Origin: Octopus sinensis
Lineage: Eukaryota
DNA: 64,000 bases
Assembly: GCF_006345805.1 (NCBI RefSeq)
Contig: NC_043007.1
Location: 66,464,001 to 66,528,000 of the forward strand
Direction: 5' to 3'
A program made the translations under genes and the position numbers. The notes under the pieces are model-generated. The model saw only the letters and a list, made by a program, of their open reading frames with translations, searched no databases and had not been told where the DNA came from. Each line of letters starts with the position of its first letter. Position 1 is the stretch's first letter. Positions 38,319 through 51,650 of the stretch are shown one piece after another.

Positions 38319-40181
38319 AGTAAGGGCCGAAATTTTATATTATGATTCCACATATTGCATGGATTTCATTTTGGTGTGAGAAAAAAACTTAATAAATTTT
38401 TTAAAGTATGCGATACCCCTACCCCTCGCATATCCACCCTCCCACTAATTCTGCGTTTTGGATATTGAAAATGTAAGGAACAGTAAACTTGATTTAATAC
38501 TATTAGCTTTGTATTGGTTAAATATTATTTATATAACATTTTATAACTTATATGCAACCCCACCACCACCTGAAAAAAGGTATTGGAATCTTTATTTATT
38601 TATATAGTTTGTGTTAATTGTTTTTATTTTAAAAAACCTATATTCTGAAAAGCATTTTCAAGTAAAAGAAAAAACGTAAAATCTTAATAATTATTATGAT
38701 TTTATTTTTTTATGCACCCTTTTCAAACCTAGCCAGGCTCATGGGCCTGGTTTCCCGGTTTCTGTGGCGTATGTGTTCTCCCCAGCTGGACGAGACGCCA
38801 GTCCATCGCAACGTTACTCAAGAAACAGGAAGAGAGAGTGAGAGAAAGTTGGGGCGAAAAAATACAACAGAGGTCGTCTCCACCCCCTGCTTGAGACTCG
38901 TGGAGCCTTTAGGTGTTTTCGCTCAATAAACACACACAACGCCCGGTCTGGGAATCGAAACCGTGATCCTCCGACCGCGAGACCGCTGCCCTAACCACAG
39001 GGCCATTGCGCCTCCACATCAACATGATTATTATGATAGGCAATACAAAAAACTAAGCACGAACCTCAAACGAAATACATGAACAGTGAACATCATAAAA
39101 TAAGCCTTAATAGTATTTACTATTTAATTAAATGACAGTTGTCTTTTCCAGTGAGGTAAACTTTGTCTTGATTTCTGTTCATTTGATATGATTCTGTGCC
39201 TATTTTCGCAGCCTATTCTGACTTCAGAAGCTTTTGTCACTAAATTGATAGCATGCTTGACTCCTTGGCTGTGACAAGGAAGAGATATTGGCTACGACAG
39301 TCAGATCTTTTCATTTGTTTGTCATAACACCTGCAGGTTTTCATTGAACTCTTCTAATTTCATATCAAAACTATCTCCTCTTTGCTTGATAAGTATTTTG
39401 TTTAATTTGTAAGCAGATTCAACCAATCTCTAAATTTTTGGAGCTGTTCCCTCAAACCCAATATAAGTAAAAGGAAATTTGTCCCATATCGTTTACACAT
39501 CTGCAGCAACAATCCGGTAGCATTCTTTCGCTGTGGGTGAAGTATTTGATATCTGTTCTTCACGTTTTCCTATGTATAAATAATGTCGGAATGCATCAGC
39601 CTTTGATGGAGTTATTGCTGCAGGAAATTATGCAAGCAATCCAGATGCTGAAATACGGCTTTTACTTCTAGTTGCCATTATATAATCTTATATACTTAAA
39701 TTATTACAGTTTAATTTATATAAGTATTTTTTTAAAAATCATAATACAATTTAGCTCTGAAATAATCTGAAAAACGAAACGAAATCATTTAACAAGTGTA
39801 TACATTTTCGTAAAAAAATTCATTTAACACATATTGAAAAGTTGTAATTCTACCATGTTGGAGGGGTACCTACCTACTAATTGTCTTATATCTCATTTTT
39901 TTTTTTTGCTGTCTTTACTTATCAGATGTTTTAAACAAGGTTTCTACTGTGATATATGATAAAATGTTTCATATTCATAAAAATTTAGTATATATGTGTT
40001 GGAGATTATATGATTAATTTAGAAAATTAGAGTATTTAATTGTGGCGGGGGGGGTGTATGCGATGGGTACTAGGTCACATAACCCTAATTTTCATATATT
40101 TTATTTAAAATACTGTTTGAAACTCTGTGCATACCGTTGAATTAAGGTTCTTTAAAAATGGCTGTTTCGACCCCTGCCTAA
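38319..40181 (-). mobile_element. possible decayed TIR DNA transposon (family unassigned), interrupted by a SINE
   Basis: Weak terminal match tagtaagggccgaaa versus RC taggcaggggtcgaaa; subterminal inverted motif tatgcga-gggta; stop-riddled reading frame MATRSKSRISASGLL...PSKADAFRHYLYI at 39685-39200. Confidence 0.35.
38700..39015 (-). mobile_element. tRNA-derived SINE with V-domain-like body
   Basis: Same head as the 12338 element, then ttgcgatggactggcgtctcgtccag, which resembles the V-SINE central motif (recalled). Confidence 0.75.
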
Positions 40182-40229
40182 TATCTACATCATCAGTAGT
40201 TCATATATCCGAACGGCTAAGCGCTTTAT

Positions 40230-40319
40230 AGGTGCAAAACCACACACAACCCTACACATACGCACGCGCACACACACGAACGCACATATACCTCCCACAC
40301 ACACAACACACACACACAC

Positions 40320-40385
<66 letters not shown>

Positions 40386-40514
40386 CACACACACACACAC
40401 ACACACACAACACACACACACACACACAGACGACTCACATACACAGTTATTACCACACACTCACAAAGTTACTATCACACACACACAAAGTCACCACCAC
40501 ACGCACACACGCTA

Positions 40515-40586
<72 letters not shown>

Positions 40587-40970
40587 ACACACACACACAC
40601 TTACACACATACACACACAACCACACCCATCCATTCAAACACCTTTCACTATAGCTGCTGACTTATGATTGACCTCTCAGCAGAGCCTACCACACACACA
40701 CACACACACACACACACCACACACACACTTACACACATACACACACAACCACACCCATCCATTCAAACACCTTTCACTATAGCTGCTGACTTATGATTGA
40801 CCTCTCAGCAGAGCCTACCACACACACACACACAGACGACTCACATACACAGTTATTACCACACACTCACAAAGTTACTATCACACACACACAAAGTCAC
40901 CACCACACGCACACACGCTACCACACACACACACACACACACGCAGTTACTGCCACACACAGAAATACAC
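40230..40970. repeat. (CA)n complex with internal ~90-bp duplications
   Basis: Blocks at 40427/40835 and 40600/40729 are repeated. Confidence 0.85.
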
Positions 40971-41029
40971 ATACCGACCATCTTCACACACTCCTGTCCC
41001 ATAAACCACTTTCTCTTTCTCCTTCTACT

Positions 41030-41250
41030 TCCGGTCATTTCAGAAATGTAACCGCACGTCGACTGTCAGCGATTTTTCCTCACTTTTCCTTACTTTTCCT
41101 TTCTCTTTGGACTTGTCTGTTTCCGACGAAGAGCTACGCTCGAAACATTAACAATAACTCACTCCCTTCACCGAGCGATAAATTTGTGTTTCTTCTGCAT
41201 ATCCGCATGTTCGTTTCTTCTTTTTTTTCTCAGTTTCTAATTCTTTGTTT
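41030..41250 (+). mobile_element. Penelope pseudo-LTR-like fragment
   Basis: ccgacga-agagc-tac-gctc-gaaacatt motif. Confidence 0.5.
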
Positions 41251-41607
41251 ATTTCAATTGTCTATATATAAAAGAAAATTTAGAAAAGGGAGATGTAGCA
41301 TTAATGTAATTTATTACCTGAAAAAATCCAACATATTCTCTTACAGCTGTTTCAATTTATCCTAAAAGACCAAATTACAATAATTAACTCATTGTATTAG
41401 ACAAAATCTCGTCCGAGGAGTAGAAAAGATATACCGTTCGGTCATTAGGTGTCGTGTTTTCAAATCATCTCAGCAGTCTGAATATTATTTTGTTGCTAAT
41501 ATTAGTATAAACCTGGGCCAGAAGGTAATAGGTTGTTTTAGTGGGTATATATATATATATAATATATATATATATTATATATATATATATATATAATATA
41601 TATATAT

Positions 41608-41727
41608 AGGCGCATAAGTGTCTGTGTGGTAAGTACCTTGCTTACCAACCACATGGTTCCGGGTTTAGACCCACTGCACCTTGGGCAAGTGTCTTCTACT
41701 ATAGCCACAGGCCCACCAAACCCTTCC

Positions 41728-41763
<36 letters not shown>

Positions 41764-41975
41764 TTTGTGTGCCTGTGTTTGTTCCCCACCTTCGCTTGAC
41801 AACCGATGTTGGTGTGTTTACGTCCCCGTACCTTAGCAGTCTGGCAAAAGAGACTGGCAGAATAAGTACTAGGCTTACAAAGAATACATCCTGGGGTCGA
41901 TTTGTTCGAATTAAAGGCAGTGCTCCAATATGGCCGCATTCAAATGACTGACGCATATAAAAGAATAAAAGAATA
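41608..41975 (+). mobile_element. full SINE (tRNA head, CORE-like ccttgggcaagtgtcttc, internal (TA)n, tail)
   Basis: Colinear with 60200-60615. Confidence 0.85.
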
Positions 41976-43147
41976 TACGTATGTTTGGAACTGTTTTGTC
42001 TTATTCGTGCGCGTATGCAATGCATACGTGTATATATCTACGTATGAAGAGCTCAAGAATCTAACAGAAGAAACAGCACATCAGTACAAAACTTGAAAAT
42101 ATATTCACATTTACCACATTTGCTGTAAATATATATATTGATGTTTGTTCTTTGATTTAGTTCTTAAAGCCCAACTTAAACAAATAGCTGTGGCTCATCG
42201 TGCTAATTCTCACCATTGTGAATCGGTTTGGATTCTCTATTATATGCCATGCAGCCAATAACATGTGCTGTCTTCTTGATTAGTTGCTCAGTGGCGATAA
42301 TTAAATAACACACCACAAAGTAAACTAATTAATTACTCTTGGTTTTCTAAACATATGTACTGCCACTTATGCCTTCACACGCACATCTAAACGCGCACAC
42401 ATACACACAGAACAATTTCGGCAGAGAATTATGTATATATATATATATATATATATATAAGTTTCTGTGTTTCCCGTTTAGGGAAATGGCTTAATGAATT
42501 AGGTCATAGACTAGTAAATTTCACACTCGCACATGCATATGTACATTCGTACGTACATACATACATTTTCTTACATATAAATTATTATATATATATATAT
42601 AATTTATAAACACACACTAGACGATGTACGTGGTTCTTTCCTCAATCTATAAAATTCATAACAGTCATAAATTAGGCCACCATATTAGAGGACAGCCTAA
42701 ATTGCATACTTGTATTTTTTACAGTTCGCCACTAATTAAGCAATACTTATTTTGTGCACAACACAGCGTAAATCAGCACTGATATAAATTTAAATATTAC
42801 AAATCCTGGCTGTGAGTGAAATAAAAATGTAAATACTATTATTTTCCTTTACGAATGAGCATTATGATAGAATCATTGTTGGTTATAGCGATTGATAGTG
42901 AAGGGTGAAACACGAGAACCAGATTTATATTAATAAACATGGTTGTGTTGTTTATGGGGATGATGACGACAATTCCACAGTCAAGAGAGGGGAACATGAC
43001 GATGAGGGGGAGGAGGAGTAGAATAAGAAGGAAAAGAAGGAGTGTGTGGAAGTAGAATTACCAAGAGGATGATGATGTATGTGTGACTTTGATGAGTTAT
43101 CATCGTATATAGACTGATATTGCAATTGGTGGCGTTTGTAAATTATA

Positions 43148-43560
43148 AGTTTATATAAGTGCATATATAGGCGCTGACATAGTTGTATGGTTAAGAATTT
43201 CTCTTTGCAACTATATGGTTTCAGGTTCGGTTCGTCTGCGTGACACTTTGTGCAAGTATCTTCTATTATAACCCCGGGTCGTGTAATGATTTGTGAGTGA
43301 AATTCATAGATAGAAACTATGTAGAATCCCGTCGTATGTGTGTCTTTGTGATTATCTACCAAACTTTTTTACAACCGATGTTAGTTTGTTTATGTCCCCG
43401 TAACATAACGATTCAGTTGACAAAAGACATTAATAGAATAAGTACCAGATTTTTTAAAAATAAATACTAGTTGATTTTTTTCCGACTAAACACTTCAAAG
43501 TGATGCCCCAACTTGGCCGCTGTAGGATGACTGAAATACATACAAGAACAGAATAAAGAC
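43148..43560 (+). mobile_element. older copy of the same SINE family
   Basis: Colinear but diverged. Confidence 0.7.
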
Positions 43561-43959
43561 AGCACAATAATATATATACATTATATTTATAATTATTGAG
43601 ATGTCATACAGAAATGTCAGCTTGTAAAATTGGTCATAAACTCACTAAATATGAGGCATTGATTAACTTCTTGTTATAACGTTAACGTTTTAAAAGCAAA
43701 AGTGGATATGTGCTTACTGTATAAGTGTTTATATATATTGGTGTCACACTGGAGCTCAGAACTTTGGATGCATGTTCTTTATCAGACTCTGTTGTAAATG
43801 CTTTGTTTCAATGACTTAAAACGCCAGATGATAACCACTGTGTTCAAATTTATTGTGATGGCAGAATATGTTTTTTAATGTATTTGTTCAGGCTCTGCAT
43901 TGTGAAATATTTACCCTTCATCTATTCTGGATAGTTGAAAGAAAGTACCAGTGAGGTAC

Positions 43960-44460
43960 TGGGTCGATGGTATTGACTTACGCCCATCCTTTGAAGTTAC
44001 TGGCCTTGAGTTCTTTTGTTCGGGAAGGGCCAGAAGTCTTCCTCTGCCCGGTAGTTATGGCAAAAGAAACAGTAAGGTGGAAAGGGCTGAAAGCATTTTC
44101 TTCTTCGGCCAGGCCACACCGACGTTTTAAAGTTCCACTTGGAAGGGGAGTGAGGATGTAGATGGAAGTGCTGCACCCCCATCACCACCCTAGTAATCTT
44201 ATTGAATATGGACAGGTTTGTCCGTGTGAATTGACCTACTCTGAATATGCACTAATAAGCCGGAAGGAATTAAGAATACAGGGCCACCAGCCTGTGATGC
44301 CCTTGGCAATCGGGGCATGCTGGGTGGGACATTTGCTAATGCAGAATTTATCTTAATTGTTATATGTTACGTAATTTCACGTATTCCATTGTCTATGTGT
44401 ATCATTCTCCTTACTTTTCCCCTTTTTAGGAGTTCCTTGTGGCTAAATAAAGAAACCAAT
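43960..44460 (+). mobile_element. diverged Tx1-type LINE 3' end
   Basis: SSFVREGPEVFLCPVVMAKETVRWKGLK resembles PSFKREGRAIFIILVAMAKECIWWTRLKGL; ends gtggctaaataaagaaac like copies A and B. Confidence 0.65.
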
Positions 44461-44469
44461 TTTATTATT

Positions 44470-45022
44470 GAGTGAGAGAGCAGGTGCATGCCATCAAAGT
44501 GACACTGGGGTAAAATATATAAAGCCCAGTATACCCAACGTAACTACCCATCTGATAAGGGTACATCAGGCGCATGAATCACAAACATATGTGCGCGACA
44601 TGGTGATCTCTTATCAAGATAAACTGCGCATGACCTTGCAGGTGGGACCCAGTTAGAATTTTCTTCAGGTCGAGTAGCTCATCCTGCTCAAAAGGTCCAT
44701 GAATAAGGATTGCATAAGGATGTTGAACAAAGCACCCATTTTTCCTGAGGTGAATTATCCAAACCCCAAACAATTCCTCAATACATGTCTATCATGCTCC
44801 CCCACTACTTCTGCTCGTGATGACAGATGCATATATCGTCAGCCACTAACAGACATGTTCAACTGGTTAAGGTCAAACAACTGACAAGCAAACCTGTGGT
44901 ATTGAGCAGAATATTTACTGTAGAGCATCTTTTATACCAAGACAAAACAACGTGCATAATAGCACTTCTAGTCAGTTAAGATCAGAAGCCATGAGAGCCA
45001 CTATCTGGTACTGCATCAGGGC

Positions 45023-45024
<2 letters not shown>
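44470..45024. mobile_element. 555-bp non-coding interspersed element, copy 1, in (TAA)n
   Basis: Shares both termini (gagtgagagagcag ... ctgcatcagggcat) with copy 2. Confidence 0.75.
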
Positions 45025-45083
<59 letters not shown>

Positions 45084-45639
45084 GAGTGAGAGAGCAGTGC
45101 ATGCCATCAAAGTGACACTGGGGTAAAATATACGAACCCCAATATACCCATCATGACTACCCGTCTGATAAAGGTACACCAGGCACATGCATCACAACCA
45201 TATGTGCGCAACATGGTGATCTCATATCAAGATAAACCGCACATGACCTTGCAGGTGGGGCCCAGTTAGAATTTTCTTCAGGTTGAGTAGCCCATCCCGC
45301 TCAAAAGGTCCCTGAATAAGGGCTGTTTAAGGATGTTGAAAGAACCACCCATGTTTCCAGAGGTGAATTATTCAAACCCCAAAGAATCCCTCTCAACACA
45401 TGGCTATGATGCTCCCCCACTACTTCTGCTCGTGATCAGAGATGCACATATCGTCAGCCACTAAGGGACATGCTCAACTGGTTAAGGTGAAACAACTGAC
45501 AAGCAAATCTGTGGTATTGAGCAGAATATTTGCTGTAGCCCATCTTTTATACCAAGACAAAACAATGTACATGATAACACTTCCAATCAGTTAAGATCAG
45601 AAGCCATGAGAGCCACTGCCTGGTACTGCATCAGGGCAT
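45084..45639. mobile_element. 556-bp non-coding interspersed element, copy 2, in (TAA)n
   Basis: Diverged tandem copy flanked on both sides by (ATT)n. Confidence 0.75.
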
Positions 45640-45663
45640 TTATTATTATAATTATTATTATCA

Positions 45664-45720
<57 letters not shown>

Positions 45721-45755
45721 TATTATTATCATCATCATCATCATCATCATTATTA

Positions 45756-45822
<67 letters not shown>

Positions 45823-45836
45823 GTTGTTGTTGTTGT

Positions 45837-46690
45837 TCAATACTCTTGTTTTTATCCCGTGCTTTCACTATACTACCGAGCGCAGCTCTGTGTGCCTTGG
45901 GCATGTGCTGTGGTTTGTTGTGATGCTCTTACTTTTACTGTCTTGAAAGTGTTTTAGGTAGGATGTGTGTGGTGCTTAGTAGTATTATTTTTTGTATGTT
46001 ATATATACTTGTTAGTCCTGGTGTTTTTGTTATGCATTTAAACATTTTTATCATACCTAATGCGCCTACCATGATAGGAATTGTTTCTCTTTTTAGACCC
46101 TACATTCGAGTTACCTCTATTTCCAGGTCTTTGTATTTTGAATGTTTCTCCGTTTCTTATAGAGAAATTGGCATATCCCAGGGTATGGTTGCTTTCTCAT
46201 TCTCTGTGACCTTTTCTTGCCTGTGTCTATACCATCTTTTTTCTGTTGTCATTCCATAGTTTTGTCATTGTTTCCAGTGTATATAGATCTCAAATCTGTC
46301 GTGTCTGTAAATATATTCCTTCTTAGCCAGAACTAGGCAGCTAGAAACAATATGATTTATTGTTTCTTGTCCATCTCCACATATTCTGCAGTCACTTGTG
46401 TTTTTTTTCACTACATGTTTTAAGTATTCTGTGGTGGGAAGGCTTTGGTCTTGTGCTGCAATTAAAAATCCATCAGTCCCTACTTTCAGTCCTGAGCTTC
46501 TCAACCATTGTTGGAATTTTGCTTTGTCTATTTCTTTTATGATTAGTTTAATCCAGTATTTGCCATGAAGGGACTTTTCTTGCCATCGTTTTATCATGCT
46601 CTTCCAGTTTTAGTTTGGATTTCAGTTGTTTTACAGCATTTGTTGTTTCTTCTTTTTCTTCATAGTTGTTAGGTACTGATTTCTTTTTTG
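45837..46690 (-). mobile_element. R4/Dong LINE 3' copy X (endonuclease core deleted)
   Basis: Homologous to 46815-47750 but lacks the RPDIVV...FLIDVS segment. Confidence 0.85.
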
Positions 46691-46704
46691 TATTATTATT
46701 ATTA

Positions 46705-46799
<95 letters not shown>

Positions 46800-46814
46800 T
46801 ATTATTATTATTAT

Positions 46815-48057
46815 TCAGTAGTTTTATTTTTATTTTTATAGCGTGCTTTCACTTCACTACCGAGCGCAGCTCTGTGTGCCTTGGGTATGTGCTGTGATTT
46901 GTTGTGATGCTCTGATGGTTATTGTATGGAAAGTGTTCTGCGTAGGATGTGTGCAGTGCCTAGTAGTGCAATTTTCTGTATGTTATATGTGTTTGTAAGT
47001 CCTGGTGTTTTTGTTATGTATTTGTCTGAATATTTTTTTATCATGCCTAATGCACCTACTATGATAGGAATTGTTTCTGTTTTCAGATTCCACATTCTAG
47101 TTACCTCTATTTCCAGGTCTTTGTATTTTGAGAGTTTCTCCATTTCTTTTAGAGACACGTTGTCATCAGCCGGTACTGATACATCAATTAGAAAGCATTT
47201 TTTTTCTTCATGGTCTCTGACAACTATATCTGGTCTGTTGGCCTTAATTTCTCTATCTGTGTGTATCGGCATATCCCAGAGTATGGTTGCTTTTTCGTTT
47301 TCTGTGACCTTTTCTGGTGTGTGCCTATACCATCTTTTTTCTGTTGTTATTCCATAATGTTGGCATAGCTTCCAATGTATGTAAGTTCCAACTCTGTCAT
47401 GTCTGTGAATATATTCCTTCTTAGCCAGGACTGGGCAGCTAGAGATAATATGATTATTGTTTCTTGTCCATCTCCACATATTCTGCAGTTACTTGTAATA
47501 TTTCTTTTCATTACATGTTTTTGGTAATTTCTGGTGGGGAGGCTTTGGTCTTGTGCTGCAATTAAAAATCCCTCTGTTTCTGCTTTGAGTCCTGAGCTTC
47601 TCAACCATTGCTGGGATTTTTCTTTGTCTATTTCTTTTGCGTTTAGTTTAGTCCAGTATTTACCATGAAGGGGCTTTTCTTGCCATCGTTTTATCATGGT
47701 TCGTTGCTGTTCTATTTTTAGTTTGGATTTCATTTTTTTTATAGCTTTTGTTGTTTCTTCATCTTCTTCTTCTTCTTCTTCATGTTTATTAGGTGGTATG
47801 ATTTCTTGTTTGTATTTGTCAGCTTCCTTAAATACTGAGAACAGTTTTTTGTTTTGCTCGTGTTTTGCCGCTATCTGGATCAGTTTTCCTTCCTTCTGAA
47901 GTAGATATTTTTGCAGTCCTATGGTGGTTATTTTATAGTAGTTTTCCAGCTGTATAAGGCCTCTACCACCTTCTATACGTTGTATATATAGTCTTTCTAT
48001 GTCAGATTTTGGGTGATGCATCCTAGATCCTGTCATTATTTTTCTTGTTTTCCTGTC

Positions 48058-48058
<1 letters not shown>
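46815..48058 (-). mobile_element. R4/Dong LINE 3' copy Y (young, 5'-truncated)
   Basis: RLYIQRIEGGRGL...WLRSSGLKAETEGFLIAAQDQSL...CRICGDGQET, an apparent single frameshift near 47460, then HIISSC...RHD...WDMPIHTDREIKANRPDIVV...FLIDVSVP...KIALLGTAHILRRTL*; (TAA)n on both sides. Confidence 0.93.
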
Positions 48059-48140
<82 letters not shown>

Positions 48141-48460
48141 TTTTGCTCTGTCAAGTTCATACTTGTTGCGAAGTGTCCAATGGACAAGCATGGCTATATT
48201 GTCGTGGCGTCTCTTAAATTCCTTCTGGGCTAGTGGCGTACATTGGCTGGTAATGTGCCATACGGTTTCACCGTTTTGTCCACATATTCTGCAATTATCA
48301 CTTTCTGGTGTGCTGTCTATTCTGTATTTTATGAAGTTTGTTCTTAGTGCTTGCTCTTGGGCAGCACAAATTAGAGCCTCCGTCTCCGGTTTTAAATCAC
48401 ATTTTGTCATCTACAGCCATCATTTTTCTCTGTCTGTCTTATCTTCAACATCCCTATGAA
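48141..48460 (-). mobile_element. R4/Dong-type LINE fragment of a different subfamily
   Basis: DLKPETEALICAAQEQALRTN...CRICGQNGETVWHITSQC...RRHD. Confidence 0.85.
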
Positions 48461-48469
48461 ATTGACCAT

Positions 48470-48780
48470 TCAACCTTACGATCGTGAGGTTGTGAGCTCG
48501 AATCCCGGACCGGACTGCGTGTTGTGTTCTTGAGCAAGACACTTTATTTCACGTTGCTCCAGTTCACTCAGCTGTGGGAATGAGTTGCGACGTTACAGGT
48601 GCCAAGATGTATCGGCTGTTGCATTTCCCTTAGATAACACTGGTGGCGTGGAGAGGGGAGGCCGGTATGCATGGGCGACTGCTAGTCTTCCATAAACAAC
48701 CTTGCCCGGGCTTGTGCCTGGGAGGGTAACTCTGTAGGTGCAATCCCATGGTCTGTGTCGTGACCGAAGGAGTCTCAGAT
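48470..48780 (+). mobile_element. tRNA/CORE-like SINE (third family)
   Basis: gagctcgaatccc B-box, gtgttcttgagcaagacactttatttcac, tail gtgcaatcccatggtc...tgaccgaaggag shared with 60792-61085. Confidence 0.8.
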
Positions 48781-49627
48781 CCTACTGATAACAGAGTCTA
48801 CTTCGCTAGTTATTTCTAGTACCTTCCGTCTGTTGGTGCCTTTTAATGCTGGCAAGCTTTCTTTTACTTTTTTTACTCATTACTTCCTGCAACTCATCTG
48901 AAATCTTCTGATCTTTTAGGTTCACTTTCTAAGTAGCACTGCATCACTATCCCATTTTCTTTGCTGGTCCACTTCCTCCTCCTTGCTCTATTATCTGCTG
49001 ATGCTGTATTAGGATAACAGCTGTGGTCAGTTTGCATCTTTACTGAAACACTACTGAACGAGAGGCTTTCCCTTAATGGTCCAGCTTAATTTTCGCTGTT
49101 ACACCCAGAGTTTCTTCGGAAACTACTGTCTTCTAAACTGAGTTAAGGTAACGTTCATCACCATCGTCATCACCACTATTATTTTTCGACATCTGAAAGT
49201 TTCAAGCAACTTTCTATTGCATCATTTGTTGCACCTTCGTACTGGTTGGGTGGTGCGTGCTGCATTTTTCTTTTGGCGGGGCGGATATTTTATTGTACCA
49301 GTATGTTTTGTTATGGGGCTTGGCTTGAGTCTTCTGTTGTATTAGTTTTTGTATTTGTGTATTTGTGCAGCGCAGGTTGTTGATTTTGTTTATACTGTTG
49401 GATATTTACAGTATGAGTTTATTCTTGGATGTTATTTTGTTTTTGTGGAGGGTGTTGCATAGTAGTGTGTGTAAATCATAGATCAACTATTTCATGGTAT
49501 TTATGATTATCTGTCCGTCGTTCTTTCTCTTTTTTTTGGTTGACTTTATTATGGGTTCCATTTTTACAGCATTTACTTTTTTAACTGAACACCGCCGATG
49601 GACATGTATTGATGTTTGTTTCGTAGT

Positions 49628-49658
<31 letters not shown>

Positions 49659-49705
49659 TAATAATAATAATAATAATGATAATATAATAATAATAATAAT
49701 AATAG

Positions 49706-49758
<53 letters not shown>

Positions 49759-49798
49759 AATGATAATGATAATAATAATGATAATAATAATAATAATA

Positions 49799-49846
<48 letters not shown>

Positions 49847-50055
49847 GTTATTATTATTATTGATTTTGTTGCTGTTGACGCCGTTGTTATTCGTATATGT
49901 TTTTGTTTTTTTTTGTAGAAATTGTCTTCAGGTGAGAAGGTTCGAAAACTTCTCAGAAAATCTCATCTCCATCCTTCTCACTTCGCTTCATTACTTCGTT
50001 TACTCTCTATCCTTCTCCTCCTCCTGCCCCCCCCTCTCTCTCTCTCTCTCTCTAT

Positions 50056-50116
<61 letters not shown>

Positions 50117-50862
50117 CCTTCCTGCACCCTCTCATACATCTACAACTCATCCAGCACGAGAAACATCCTAAAAAGCGAAGGATCTAAAGTAAACTACCCA
50201 CCGACCAACTAACCACCAACCAACCAACCAACCAACCAACCAACCAACCGGTCAACCAACCAGCCAACCGGTCAAAAAACCAACCAACCAGCCAGCCACA
50301 CCCTTTCCTCAACCGCTACCACTACCGGTTCGTCCAAATGCCGTTAACACCATCATCTAACCTAGTAACATCCGTCTACATCAGCCAGCCCACATTCATT
50401 TGCTTGCAGCTTCCTTTACCACACCTCAGTCACACACACACACACATGACATACACGCAAACACATACATACAGACATACACACACGCACGCACTCACGC
50501 ACACACACCTTCACAATTATATTTCTATCCCGTATACTTTCGCACTTTCTTACTTTCACTTTCACTTAGTATTATTATTATTGTCGTTGTTGTTGTTGTT
50601 GACATTATTATTACTGTCATCATCGTCATCATCCCCATTACCGTCATCAGCATAAGTACTGTTATTATTCTGTATTTATTTATGATATACAAATTAGATA
50701 TTAATATTATTAATAGTATTAGTATTGTGCTTGCTCTGTTTTCTTATTTTTTACTTCCTTGTCTTACTCATATCTTTCTCCGTCCTCTCTCCGACTCTTT
50801 CTGTCTCTCTGTCTCTCCCTCTCTCTCCTTCCTCTTTCCGATTCTTTCTATCTCTCTCCCTT

Positions 50863-50897
<35 letters not shown>

Positions 50898-51181
50898 TTC
50901 TGCGTATGTACGTTTTCTATTTCTTTCAGACAACCTTGTTTTACAGCTCTTAATTCTTCCTTTACATTAATCTCTCTCATCCACTCTTCCTCCCCCCTCT
51001 CTTTCCCAAACACACAGATACACACACATTCACACACACATACACACACACACTCATTCCTTTTCTCTCATTAATTTATCTTAGTATAGTGTTTTTGTTT
51101 GTTTATTTGTTTTATTTAGTTTCTTGACCTCTTTTCTATTGCTGAAGTTATTTACTTCAGTCATACATTGTCTCTTAAATG

Positions 51182-51227
<46 letters not shown>

Positions 51228-51270
51228 TGTATGTATGTATGTATGTATGCATGTATGTATGTGTGCTTAA

Positions 51271-51310
<40 letters not shown>

Positions 51311-51604
51311 GTATATACATACATATATACTTACATACATATGTACATAATACATGCGTATATGTACACATACACACAAAAATGCATAAATGTGTGAATA
51401 TGTGTATATGTGTATGTATATATACATGGAAAATATTATTGTATGCATAGAGGTAATTATATGCATAAGTACATGTCCATATACGTATTTAATTTAGCCT
51501 GTATGTATATCTATGTGCGCATGTAGGTTTATACGTGTGCATATTTGTATGTGTGTATACATTTAAGTATATATACAGTCATCTAAGTATCTCTATATAT
51601 GCAT

Positions 51605-51650
<46 letters not shown>

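Noticed and set aside
49150-49500. Possible further Penelope remnant
   Set aside because: Only a vague resemblance in a stop-rich translation; not supportable.
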